Assembly: GCF_004010195.1 (NCBI RefSeq)
Contig: NC_057721.1
Span: forward strand, 34,516,931 to 34,580,930
DNA from: Chiloscyllium plagiosum
Taxonomy: Eukaryota
Length of the DNA: 64,000 nt
Direction: 5' to 3'
Shown here: positions 1 to 11,525 of the stretch, piece after piece
How positions within the stretch are numbered: position 1 is the first letter of the stretch
How the letters are laid out: each line of letters opens with the position of its first letter
Position numbers and translations under genes: made by a program
Notes under the pieces: model-generated
Told to the model about the DNA's origin: nothing
The model's input: only the letters and a program-made list of their open reading frames with translations
Databases searched by the model: none

Positions 1-156
1 GGCCACAGAAATGTCTGTCTGTACCTCTGACTACAGAATCCCCTAACACAATTGATCTCTTGGAAGCCGACATACCCCTCGTTGCATTAGAGCCAGTCTC
101 AGTACAGAAACTTGGTTGTTCGTGCTACATTCCCCTGAGAATCCATCACTCCCTGT
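1..156 (-). mobile_element. CR1 LINE ORF1 fragment (SGNH esterase domain)
   Basis: Minus strand translates IVLGDSVVRGTDRHFCG, the GDS motif block of CR1 ORF1 esterases; runs off the window edge. Confidence 0.75.
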
Positions 157-164
157 CAAGAATA

Positions 165-985
165 GGTAGCTTGTGTAAAAGGGATTAAATGTGTGAGCAA
201 AATATTGACAGATGTAGTATAAGATGAGAAAATTTGAACTTGTCCACTTTGGCAGGAAGAATAGAAAAGCAAAAGCTACTAAAATGGAAAGGAGTTCCAA
301 GACTCAGCGGTATCGAGGGATCTGGGTATTCCGATAGCTGAATCTGGAAAAGTTAGGGTGTAATTTCAGAAAGGCAATTGGTGTGTTCGGATTTATTGTA
401 AGAGGAATGGGATTTAAAAACAGGGATGTTTTACTGCAGATGACACGGACATCTGCAGTATAGTGTCTAGTTTTCGTCTTGGTACTTGAAAAAGATATAA
501 TTGTTTCAGAATCAATTCAGAGAAGGTTTACTTGACCCTTTTGTGAGTGAGAGGTTATCTCATAGAGGATGTGTTAACAGGTTGGATCTGTATCCATTGG
601 AATTCAGGAGAATGTGGGATAATCTTATTGAAATTTAAAAGACCCTGAAGAGGACTTGAATGTTGAATGTTTGTTTTTCTGAGGGATACTGAAATAAGAG
701 GGTACCATTTAAAAATGAGATGCCTTCCTTTTAAGACTGAGATGAAGATTTTAATTTTCTTTCAGAGGTTTGTCAGTCAGGAGAACTCTTTTCCTCAGAA
801 CTCATTTGAGGCTGAGCCATTGAATTTATTTAAGGCAGTATTTGGTAGAATTGACAAAGAAGTCAAGCTTTCAAACAGGAAATTGGAGTTGAGATCGCAA
901 TCAGATCAGCCATCATCTTATTGAGTGATGGAAGAGACTCAAAGAGATGAATAGCCTATTGTGCTCCTAAGTCCTATAATCCTGT
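165..985 (+). mobile_element. Decayed CR1 LINE 3' part (RT C-terminus and 3' UTR)
   Basis: ELVHFGRKNRK-like translation at ~235-270, then IQRRFT-like segments and a CR1-like tail; many stops. Confidence 0.8.
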
Positions 986-1472
986 TTTCCAATAAATCAA
1001 GAGCACAAATTCTTTGAGAAGGGGTACAGGAGTAAGACAAAGGAGAACAGAAGAATTGATGGATCAGAGTGGCTATAATGAAGGAGAAGATGTGAGGAGC
1101 ATGGACAAGGAAGGTCATGGAAGGATAATGAGAATTTAGAGTGGGAGATGATAAGGGAGAGGAGGGAAAGCTGAAGGAAGAAGATGATGGAGAGGAGAAA
1201 ATAAACAGAGAGAGGTTAGAGGAGAGGGGGATGAAGCAATGCACAGGAAGACAAAGAAAATGGGATAGTCAAAAATGGAACATGGAAAATTAATTGAATG
1301 AAGATGGATAATAATGACTTTGTAGCTATGAAACAATGGGAGAAATGACAGAATGTAAACTGAAGATAGAGATGAATGAATAAAATAAGTCAAAAAAATT
1401 AACTCGTGAGCGACCATTTGTACTGAATCCACCCAATGGGAATAAGTTTGGTAAAAACAAGGAACAGTAAAT

Positions 1473-1580
1473 GGTGGAAATTTGAGATATAAACAGAAAG
1501 TGCTGGACAAACTGAGTAGGTCTATTAGTGGAGAGACAAGCAGAGTTAGTTTTCAAGTCCAGTCACCCTTCATCCGAGCT
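1473..1580 (-). mobile_element. PLE terminal stub (family B) with decayed hammerhead motif
   Basis: AACAGAAAGTGCTGG...CAGAGTTAG..TTTCAAGTCCAGTCACCCTTCATC matches the stubs at 49.6, 51.3 and 56.0 kb. Confidence 0.65.
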
Positions 1581-1744
1581 GTATATTGAGAATTTCACAT
1601 GACAAGAAGTTTACTTCCAAGCATTTGTATCACTTTATTTCATTACAACTTGTCATTTTAATATTGTACTTGCAATATTCCTCTTTATAGTTGAGAAACT
1701 TGATGGCATAAAAGCTCAATTGATAAAATAGAGTGGATACCTGA

Positions 1745-3592
1745 TGCATGGTAGGCTAGTTAGCAAGATTAGAACACATAGAATACAGGGGGAACTAGCC
1801 ATTTGGATACAGAACTAACTCGTAAGTAGAAGACAGAGGGTGGTGGAGGGTTGACAAGGAAGTCATACTGGAGGCCTATGATCAGCTGTGTGCCCCAAGG
1901 ATCGGTGCTGGGTCCACTGCCTATCGTCATTTATATAAATGATTTGGATGTGAACATGGGAGGTACAGTTAGTAAGTTTGCAGATGACGCCAAAATTGGA
2001 GGTGTAGTGGACAGAGAAGAAGGTTATCTCGGAGTCCAATAGAATTTTGATCAGATAGGCTGGTGGGCTGAGGAGTGGCAGTTGGAGTTTAATTTAGATA
2101 AATATAAAGTGCTGCATTTTTAAAACACAAATCAGAGCAGGATTTATTGTTATGAAGGTGTAGAGGTGCACTGTACCTTTAAGAGAATTGAAAAGCTAGC
2201 AAGGACTGAAAGCACAGAGTGTCCTGAGCAAGGTAACAATGTAATGCATGGTCAAAACAAATAGCAGCAGATGGGTTACCATGAAACAAAAACAAATCCA
2301 AATTCAGCCAATCAGTTTAAATTATATCCCAAGATGCCAAAATGAAATCAAATTTGAATTTCGTATTTTGATAATATTAAAACCAATGAAATGATCCATT
2401 GTTTTGGAGTATAAAACTGGACATGTTGAATAGTTAGAGGGAGAACTGCCAAAGACCAACAAATGTAGACAGCTAGTTGAAGTATTCTCTGAAAGGTACT
2501 TAGCTTATGGGGAGTTTGTGCAGCAGAACATCGAAGCCAACTGGAGAGAATCTACAGAGGAAAATCTACAAAGCTGACTGGTTTTGAAAGATGATTTTCT
2601 GTTTGTAAATCTTATTTGGGTTTTTTTTTATTGGACTAGTATTGTAGAGTGGGAGGTAAAAGATAGGTTTAAGAGAAAAGAGTTATAAATAATTGTTGGT
2701 TTTAATCTTCTCTGTTGAACTTAAAGAATAAAGTTGTTAATTTTTACTTTCAGTAGTGACCCCTGGGATAGCTCTTTGCCTCTTGAATTTTAACAGATTA
2801 CAGCATGGGGTACATTTTTCTGTGTTGCAGATTAAAATGAGCAGAAGGATTTACTCTGTGTCGTAACATGATACACTTTATGGTCAAGTTCTGGGGAATT
2901 TTGCTGAACAAAGACACCTTGGAATGGAGGTTTATAGTTGCTTGAAAATAGAGTCGCAGGTAGATAGAGTAGTGAAGAAGGCATTTGGTATGCTTGACTT
3001 TAATGGTCAGTGCATTGAGTATAGGAGTCGGGAGGTTAAAGGCATTGGTTAGGCAGCTTTTGGAATACTACATACAATTCTGGTCTCCCTGCTTTCGGAG
3101 AAGGATATTGTGAAACTTGAAAGGATTCAGAAAAGATTTATGAGGATGTTGTTAATGTTGGAAGGTTTGAGCTATAGGGAGAGGTTGAATAGATTGGGGC
3201 TATTTTCCCTCGATCATCAGAGACTGAGGGGGTAACCTTACAGAGGTTTATAAAATCAAGAGGGGCATGGATAGGATAAATAGACAAAGGTCCTTTCCCT
3301 GGGGTGGAGGAGTCCAGAACTAGAGAGCATAGGTTTAGGGTGAGTAGGGAAATATTTCAAAAGGACCTAAGGGGCAATGCTTTCATACAGAGGGTGGTGT
3401 GTGTAGGAATTGGTGGAGTCTGGTACAATTACAAAATTTAAAAGGTATCTGGATGGGTACATGAATAGAAAGGGTTTAGAGGGATATGGGCCAAATGCTG
3501 GCAAATGGGACGAGATTAATTTAGGATATCTAGTCAGCATGGATGGATGGGACTGAAGTGTCTGTTTCCGTGCTGTACATTTCTATGACTGA
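1745..3592 (+). mobile_element. CR1/HER1-type LINE, 5'-truncated, split by a solo LTR
   Basis: ORF 1851-2042 carries RT motifs VPQGSVLGP and FADD; the sequence resumes in register at 2869 and ends in a CTATGAC-type tail. Confidence 0.9.
2148..2868 (+). mobile_element. Solo LTR (Gypsy-like), 721 bp
   Basis: TGTTATGA...TCGTAACA inverted ends; 4-bp flanks TTAT/TGAT (1 mismatch); TATAAAA at ~2410 and AATAAA at ~2727; interrupts the CR1 cleanly. Confidence 0.8.
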
Positions 3593-3599
3593 CTTAGGC

Positions 3600-5400
3600 A
3601 ATACCCTTGCCCCCCCCTTTCTTTCAGAGGTTTCTGGCCAAGACCACTCATGCAGTGACAGAGACACAACAATGGGCAACCAACTGAAAAAGCTCCTTTG
3701 TGCTAATTATCATTGGCACAATTTCAGTCTTTGCAGCACAAGTGTTTATCCATTCCGCCCAACTACTTTTCTTCTCTTATGCAGACACTGGCAACACCTC
3801 CACTTGGAAAAGGCCACAGTTTGAACCCTTCAGTTACAGCTTCACTACTGATGAGGAGGCCCTTGAGCCCTCAGAGCTTTCCTTGAAAAGCTGTTTCACC
3901 TGCATCCTCCTCCAGCTCGCAGACTTTCACCCCCATGGCTATTCTGTCCAGATTAGTTTTGGGGGAATAACAGATTCCCACAGATAGTGGAAGAATAAAT
4001 ATCCAAGGTTTCTGGTGATCAGACAACTGCCAGAGAGCAGACATCTGTTCAGCCACATACAAAAGATATGGCCTGGTCTTCGGCCAGAAGCTAAAAGCTT
4101 AAACTGCAGAGACAATCACAGGAGCACCAGAGGCATTTGGTGGAATAAACTAACGATGGAGTTGTCATTACAGTGGTGGCACACATGTTTATCTCTGTGG
4201 AAAAAAGTAGCAGCTGCCTTGGAAAGCTAGGTCCTGCAGAACACCCAGTGGCAGCAGGATATGTACTCAAGCCTGCACTATGTTGCTTTAGCCAGAGGTG
4301 CTCAGCAAGGTTAACAGGGATGTGAAAGAGCTTGACCTCAGTCCAGATGCTCTTCCCTCCCAGGGAGACTAGATGTTGCAAGCGGGTACCAGAGGGAGGA
4401 GAACATGAAACAAGACATAGAAACATGATAAATAGGTGCAGGATCAGGCCATTTGGCCTTTCAAGCCTAACAACTATACAATACAATCATGGCTGATCTT
4501 GCAATCTCAGTATTGCATTCGGGCCCTCTCCCTATACCCCTTGATCCCTTTAGCTGCAAAGGCCTTGTCCAGTTCCCTCTTGAATATATCTAATGAACTG
4601 GCCCCAACAGCTTACTCTGGAGAGAATTCTGCAAGTTCACAACTCTTGATGTGAAGAAATTCTTTCTCATCTCAGTCCTGAATGGCTTACCCTTATTCTT
4701 AGACTATGATCCCTTGTTCTGGACTTCTCCTGAACCTTCAGAACAGGAAGTCTCAGAGTCACCCTGTGCTGCAACTCCACTCTGACAGCTTACGGGCCAA
4801 GGAGGATGAGCCTTCATCTTGATAAAAAAATCCACAGGACCAACCACACTGCATGTTCTCTTGTGTCCCAACTGCAGAGCTCAATGTAGTGGAGGGCAGA
4901 AAACAGAGAAAGGCACATGGTTGGCATAGGTGCTACATCTTTGTAAATATGACCTTATTTTTGCCAATATATTTTCACTTTCGCTGTTACACTGTCTGTT
5001 GTAATAATTTTTCCCTGGCTAGGTCACAGCCATGTGAGAGATAAGACACGTTTTCACACATCCTAAGATTCTTCAATCACCATTCATTGCTCATCTCTCA
5101 CAGGCAACTGAACCTTGTCTGCTGATAACCTTGTATTGTCAGGGATTCTTGGAACTTAATTTTTGGGGAGTGTAGCCAATGCAGTACACATTAAAATGGA
5201 GGACTCTGTGGTTAAAGGCAATGTCCAGGGAATATGCCAGGACCTAGCTTGAACACATGCCTGGACACTTTCAGCCTGACAGTATAGTTGAGAGTATGAT
5301 ACCCATGATGATTCCAATCACCTTCATGCAAATGTTGTTCTTATGTAAAAGCTTTTCAAGGGAGCACAGTCACCCTCAATCCTGGGAATGTTTGATAGAT
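3600..5400 (+). mobile_element. Probable PIF/Harbinger relic (3' part of the Myb gene and convergent transposase end)
   Basis: Splice acceptor at ~3784, a basic GRKQRK-like C-terminus at ~4875-4895, and ATTGCTCATCTCTCACA (~5086) shared with 43862 in another Harbinger-like copy. Confidence 0.35.
4415..4730 (-). mobile_element. CR1 LINE 3' end fragment
   Basis: CATAGAAACAT...AGGCCATTTGGCC...CCCTTGTTCTGGAC is the reverse complement of a CR1 3' end. Confidence 0.8.
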
Positions 5401-5573
5401 AATTATGTCTGCTACCCCTCGCAGGATGAAGCCAACTAATGAAGTGTCACTGGATTCAAAATGTAACTCTGTTTTCTCCCAACAAGTACTTCCAAATATG
5501 TTGAAATTTGTTAGCAATTTCTCTTTTTGTGTGAAAGAGAAAATTGTGTCACTTCCTCTTTCAGAGCAGTGGA

Positions 5574-6060
5574 GATCACAACCTCCTTGCAGCATTGCTG
5601 GGCATCCTTTTTGACAACACTGACTCATGCTGCCATCTCTGCCCAGGCAGGCTGGGTCTGCTGGAGTGACATCTTGGTGCAGTCAGCTGTGAAAAGGACC
5701 AGCACTCTCTATCACCCAAAGCACCAGTGCTCTAGATCATTCTCCATGAAGCAAACAGTGAGCTTCGTTTTCTTCTGTACCATCTGATCAGAGTTTAAAG
5801 GTGCATAAGGCAGTGGGTGACGGTAATTCCTGGCTTGCAGTGTCTGAGCTATTCAACTGGAATTAAATGTAGTGTCAAATGTTAGGGAATTTTAGCTCAT
5901 TATGCAATTCACATATAACGCTATCAACATATCAATGGCATAAATATCAAGGTGACAAACAGATAATTGCATGTGATAACCCATCTCAATCCATGGTGGA
6001 AATGATGCCATGTTACACAATCCCCAACAGTCAATAGTTTCAAGTAGGAAAATCCCAGCC
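5574..6060 (-). mobile_element. PIF/Harbinger 5' end with decayed Myb/SANT exon 1
   Basis: From ATG 5783: MVQKKTKLTVCFMENDLE, frameshift, VLFTAD...QTQPAWAEMAA*VSVVKKDAQQCCK; TIR-like GGCTGGGATTTTCC at 6047-6060 on the minus strand. Confidence 0.7.
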
Positions 6061-6679
6061 TATTGGTCATCTAGTGTCACCTGGGCATAAAAACACCCTG
6101 GGTTCACTTTAACTCACCACTAACAGTTAAATGTTTTTTGGCCTCACTATATTTTCCATGCTATTTGGTGCAATCGATCCAATGGGTCCAGTGCTGTCTC
6201 ACAAGACCCTTCGGCCTGAGTAATTTCCTTTCTATGATTACCATTTCTGCTCAGAGCAAAGTCGTCTTGCAGCTCCAAATGTGACCTCAGCGACACCATA
6301 GTGATCATGATCCACAACTTAGTTATTCCTGATTTTGTTTGACACTTCTGGAATTTGGTAGCATTTCCTGGAGCAGGGATAATTTGGGTTGCAGAACATA
6401 AGCAGCTATCCTGGAGAAGTGGGAACATTTACTGAAACTTCAACAGGACTCTCCTGTAGCAACAAAAGACTGGAGTATCTTAAAGTGGAGAACCAATTCC
6501 CTCCCTCTGATAATGGTAATAAGAATAGATGATAAGGACATCAATCATTGATATGCACATAGCCAAATCACTTTTTATGTAAGGCACGTAGGGATCAGTG
6601 CGTGTGATGGGAACAGTCCAATTTTCCCTCAATGTCATTTTCGGTTGGAGATACACTCCGTTAGTTGAAAGTGGGATGT

Positions 6680-6960
6680 ACTAGGATATTGAATGCAATG
6701 TTTAGGACCTAGACTAGGAGTTTATTTGGATATGGAATGATGTTTATTCAGATCTGGAATAGAATGGTATTTACCAGACTCAGGATATAAGTTTATCAGG
6801 ATCTGGAATGGCAGTGTATTAGGATCAAGAAACTTAGTTTATTACGACCTAGATTTTAAGTTCATGAAGAACTGGAATGGAGTATATTAGGATCTGTAAT
6901 GGAGCGTATTAGGATCTCGATCAGGAGTTTATTAACATCTGGAATGCAAGTATATTGGAA
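6680..6960. repeat. Degenerate minisatellite, ~22-bp unit AGGATCTGGAATGGAGTTTATT, ~12 copies
   Basis: GATCTGGAAT and GT(T/A)TATTAGG recur at ~22-bp spacing. Confidence 0.75.
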
Positions 6961-6984
6961 ACAGATTCAATTGTGAGACTTAAA

Positions 6985-7127
6985 AGAGAATTGGGGTAGA
7001 AGTGAATTGTAGTGTTATGGAGAAAGATAAGGGAATGGGAATACGTGAGTTGCTCTGCCACAGACCCAGCATGAAAATGACAAGACAAACAGCCTCCTTG
7101 TTTTCAATAATTATTCTCTGGTTCTAC
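6985..7127 (+). mobile_element. CR1 3' UTR fragment
   Basis: GTTATGGAGAAAGA...TTGCTCT...CCAGCA...GCCTCCTTG, similar to the other CR1 tails. Confidence 0.5.
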
Positions 7128-7914
7128 TTGTCTTGGCTAGTCTACTGACATCATTAAAAAGTCTTTCACTGAGTATCATCATTTCTAAGGGTGCTATAAA
7201 TGTCATTGTGCATTGGAGGTTTTACCTTTTATGGTTGAACAAAGCTTCTAAATTAAGATATTGGTTGTTGAATTTCAGGTAGGTGCTAAACAGCATTGTG
7301 TAACAAAGACAAAATAGGACATGCTTTCGACATGTTTCATATTCAAAAGACATTGTATTTGAATAATCCCCTGCTTCCTGAGTGAATATAATCTAGTGTA
7401 TGTTACAGTTTAATTCTTGTTGACATAAACAAAATTTAAAGTAATCAGTAACGTTTAAACATTGATATTAAAATTACAGAGACATTCTTTTGGTTTAAAC
7501 TGAGAAGTCTTTAAACTATTTTATTATCTATATTCAATATGTTATCTATATGGGTTTCCTCAATTTGTACAAGACTTTTTAAATTCCAAAATATATTGCT
7601 GATAATTCAACTATCTTATTTCTTGGTGAACATTAGTACAGCATGCATAGCCCATATGTTGCTATCACACTTTGAGAAAGTAAGGTTGACATTTGCAAAA
7701 TGTCCTATGAAAATGCAAATGTCACATATCTTGGTCAATGTTCACCTCTACACCCTGGCATTAATGGAAAGATTAAGACTTAAAATAGAGCTGAATAGTC
7801 TAGTTCTCCTACTAACACAGTCAAAGAAGTGGCATTTTGTCAAGCATCTGCCACTGAACCCCCAAAGATTTCACCTGCAGCAGATGGTAAAGTGTTTTTA
7901 ATATGCAAATAAGG

Positions 7915-9213
7915 CTTCCAGGATAGTCAGGGAGAGTCAGACTACTGGAAAATAGTTTGTGCAATGCACTATTTAAGAGACGGAGGCAGAAGACAGGAAA
8001 CTATTGGACAATATGCTTGACCTCTGTTGTTGGTAAGATTTTAGATGAGATTGTGGAGTACTTGGAAGTGAATGGTAAATCTCGGGCAGAGTCAGCATGT
8101 CTAATCAAGAGGAGGTCATGCCTGACAAATCAGCTAGAAGTCTTTGAGGGGGTGAGGAGCAATTTAGACAGGAGAATCAGTGGATGTGATCTATTGGATT
8201 CCTAGGAGAGCTTCAACAAGATGCCACACAGTAGGCTGTTGAACAGGATAACAGCTCATGGTGTTCGAGGCAAGGTACTGGCATGCATGGAGAATTGACT
8301 GACTGGCAGATGGCAGAGAGTGCGGGTAAAGGGGCCTTTTTCAGGATGGCTGTGGTTGACTAGTGGAGTTCCGCAGGGGTCAGTGTTGGGTCTACAAGTA
8401 TTCATGTTATACCTTAATAATCTGGACAACGGAACTAAGGGCATTGTTCAATTTGCAAATTATACAAAGATTGGTGGCAGGATAAGTAGTGTTGAGAAAG
8501 CAGGGAGGCTGCAGAAGGACTTGGATCCGCTAGGAGAATGAGCAAAGATGTGGCAGATAGAATATGATTTGGGAAAGTATGAACTTATACACTTTGGTAA
8601 GAAAAATAGAGGTATAGTCTATTTTCTAAACAGGGAAATGCTTTGAAAGTCTGAAGCTCAAAGGGACTTGGGCGTCTTAGTTCAGGAATCTCTTAAGGTT
8701 AGCATTCAGGTTCAGTTGGCAGCTAGGAAGGAAAATGCAAAATTTGTGTTATTTTCAAGAGTGCTAGAAAACAAGGGCAGAATAAAACTGGTCAGACTGG
8801 GTTTGGAATATTGTGAACAATTTTGGATGGCATAACTAAGGAAAGATGTGCTGGTGTTGGAGAGCATCCAGAGAGCATTTACAAGAATGATTGCAGGGAT
8901 GAATGGCTTGTCATATGAATAACAGTTGAGGACGCTGTGTTGTTTAACCAATGGTATTTGGAAAGGGGATCTGATTGTAACTTACAAAATATTAAGAAGC
9001 TTGGATAGAATGGACATGGAGAAGTTTTCAAATAATAGAAGGACTAGGCCTGAGGGAACAGCCTCAGAGTGAAGGGTCAACCCTTTAGAACTAATTTGAG
9101 CATGAGTTTCTTCAGCCTAAGGGTGGCGAATCTGTGAAACTCACCGAAAGCTGTGTACGTCAATACTCAATGGACAGAGTGACCTAATTCTGCTTCTATA
9201 TCTTATGGTCTTA
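7915..9213 (+). mobile_element. CR1 LINE RT region and 3' end
   Basis: ORFs read GNYWTICLTSVVGK, RSCLTNQLEVFE and SGVPQGSVLGL...FANYTKIGG; tail TCTTATGGTCTTAT. Confidence 0.9.
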
Positions 9214-9547
9214 TAGAGTACTAAGGAACAAAGGGACAAATCCATAATTTAATTCCCTAAAATTTTCAGCATAGGATCATTAAGAAGGCATATGGGATGC
9301 TTGCCTTCATTAGTCAGTACTTTGAATGTGGGAGCAAGGGAGTCTCTTGATTAGGCCCCACATTTGTTAGGAATACCATGTACAATTGTGATACTGCACT
9401 ATTGGAAGGATGTGATTACATTGGAGAGATTGCAGAGGAGATTCACCAGGACGAAGCCTGGGATGAAAAGACTCAGTTATGAGGAGAGACTAGATAGACT
9501 GGGTTTATTTTCCCTCGATCAATGGAAGCTAAGGGGAATACAGAATG

Positions 9548-9758
9548 ACTTGGAGGTGCAGGTGTTGGACTGGGGTGGACAAAGTTAAAAATCACATGAC
9601 ACCAGGTTTATTTAGAAGCACTAGCTTTCGGAGCACCGCTCCTTTGTCGGGGGATTGTGATTCACATGACAGCCACCTGATGAAGGCGTGAGGCTCCAAA
9701 AGCTAGTGTTTCCAAATAAACTAGTTGGACTATAACTTGGGCTCGTGTGATTTTGAAT
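9548..9758. mobile_element. Fold-back PLE terminal stub (family C) with a hammerhead motif on each arm
   Basis: Inverted arms: AAAAATCAC...GAAGCACTAGCTTTCGGAGC versus CACCTGATGAAGG...GCTCCAAAAGCTAGTG...GTGATTTT. Confidence 0.75.
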
Positions 9759-9919
9759 TACAACAGGCATAGATAGAGTAGATAATGAGAATCTTTTCCC
9801 CATGGCAGACATGTCTAAAATCAGAGGGCATAAAATCAAAATGAGGTGACTTCAGGAAATAAATTTTCACCCAGAGGTAGTAGAAGTATAGAACTTGCTG
9901 CCTGAGAGGGTGGGGGAGC

Positions 9920-10012
9920 CAGGTCTAAGGAAGGGTCACTGGTCCCGAAACATTAACTCTGATTTCTCCCCAAATGCTGTCAGACTTGCTGAGCTTTTTC
10001 AGTTTTTTTTGG
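9920..10012 (+). mobile_element. PLE terminal stub (family B)
   Basis: CTAAGGAAGGGTCACTGGTCCCGAAACATTAACTC...AATGCTGTCAGACTTGCTGAG. Confidence 0.7.
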
Positions 10013-10647
10013 TTTATAATGATATTGACTGGGTGATAACTGTTTGCAAAAGCATCACAACTTTTCAGGGTTATCATTTGACAATTATATAACCAAATGA
10101 GAGAACCCAGAAAACCTCAATATAACAGGTTCTCTAAAAGACCCAACCCCAACATTGTAGCATACCACCGCTTTGAAGTGTCACCTTAGATTTTGTGCAT
10201 AATTTGTGGTATTCTCCAAAATGATACCTTGTTGTATTTGCACACTGGTATGTAGTACTTGGCAAGGGTTGTTTGCGTTTGTTTACTGCCACCAATTGCC
10301 CTTTTTGCTTTATTTTGCGTCTATTTCATGCTTAGCGGTAGAGGATTCACTTCCGTAGAGTGTCTGCAGAAAAGGCACTGTTCATTTTTTTAGATAATTT
10401 TATTTCATGTTGACAATAAATACAACTTCATTTGGTCAAGTGAAATTGCCTTAATTATGAAGTTGATACAGACACATCAGATCACTTCAAAACCTGGTGT
10501 AGAGTTCCTGGTGTCCATTCATTGTTTATGTGACATCAGTAGATTAGATGCAGCATAACTTTTTCCAGTAGGCTCCCAATTCTCTCTTTTTTTTGTCTAA
10601 TCAACCTATTCAGAAGTATTGAGAACACAGCGAATTGAGAACTGAGA

Positions 10648-10955
10648 GGGTGGCACAGTGGCTCAGTGGTTAGCACTGCTGCCTCACAGCACCAGGGTGC
10701 CAGGCTCAATTCCAACCTCGGGTGACTGTGTGGAGTTTACACATTCTCCCCGTGTCTGCGTGGGTTTCTTCCGGGTGCTCCGGTTTCCTTCCACAGTCCA
10801 AAGATGTGCCGGTCAGTAAATTGGCCACGCTAAATTGTCCATAGTGATAGGTGCATTAGTCAGCAGAAGTGAGTCTGGGTGGGTTACTCTTCGGAGGGGC
10901 AGTGTGGACTGGTTGGGCTGAAGGGCCTGTTTCACACTGTAGGGAATCTAATCTA
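10648..10955 (+). mobile_element. HE1-type V-SINE (tRNA-derived)
   Basis: A-box GTGGCTCAGTGG, B-box-like GGCTCAATTCC, V-domain GTGTGGAGTTT..ACATTCTCCCCGTGTCTGCGTGGG, CR1-like tail with AATCT repeats. Confidence 0.92.
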
Positions 10956-11241
10956 AACTGTTCCCAAGAAGAAGGCAGGAAAATGTCCTAACGCATAATT
11001 GCTGGCACAAATTATACTGCACCTACAGCCAACTTAGTCGAGATTAATTTACTCAACCCTCCAGTGAACCAATCTATGGTCTTCAGCTACCACCAATAGA
11101 ACAGTGGTGGAACTAATCAACTAGTAGGTCTCAGTCAGACATTTGGAGATAATGAGGACTGTAGATGCTAAAGGGTCAGAATCGATAAAGTGTGGTGCTA
11201 AAAAAGACTCAGCAGGTCAGGTAGCATCTGAGGAGCAGGAG

Positions 11242-11275
11242 AATCGATATTTCAGGCATAACCCTTCATCAGGAC
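11242..11275 (-). ncRNA. Minimal hammerhead ribozyme motif (PLE family A)
   Basis: Reverse complement: TC CTGATGA A GGGT TAT GCCT GAAA TATC GATT. Confidence 0.55.
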
Positions 11276-11485
11276 TGGGGAAGGGGAAGAGAGCTGAGAA
11301 ATAAATAGGGATAGGGGTTTGGGGCTAGGGGAAAGGTAGGCGGGATGACGATAGATGGACGAAGGTAGGAGGTGACTGTGATAGGTCAGTGGGAAGGGTG
11401 GAGTCAATGGTAGGAAGGAAGATGGACAAATAAGTCAGGTCAAGAGGGCGGTGCCTATTTGGAGGGTTGGATCTGGAATATTGAT

Positions 11486-11525
11486 GGGGGGGGGGGGGGT
11501 GGGGGGGGGGGGGGGGGGGGGGGGG
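11486..11525 (+). repeat. Poly-G tract G14-T-G25
   Basis: Directly visible inside the PLE. Confidence 0.9.

Larger units (their letters stand above)
9214..10045 (+). mobile_element. Second CR1 fragment, interrupted by two PLE stubs
   Basis: ORF 9364-9588 reads KDVITLERLQRRFTR...SYEERLDRLGLFSL. Confidence 0.8.

Noticed and set aside
939-1510. Ser/Phe/Leu-rich ORFs on the minus strand
   Set aside because: By-product of a purine-rich low-complexity tract; no domain or splice support.
6147-6428. 93-aa ORF in non-repeat sequence as a possible host exon
   Set aside because: No recognisable protein family and no convincing splice-site pair.
6680-6960. CRISPR-like array
   Set aside because: Units are contiguous with no unique spacers, there are no cas genes, and the context is vertebrate.
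10648-10720. tRNA genes at SINE heads (also 17691, 45318, 50691)
   Set aside because: A/B boxes continue into V-SINE bodies and tails; no complete cloverleaf.
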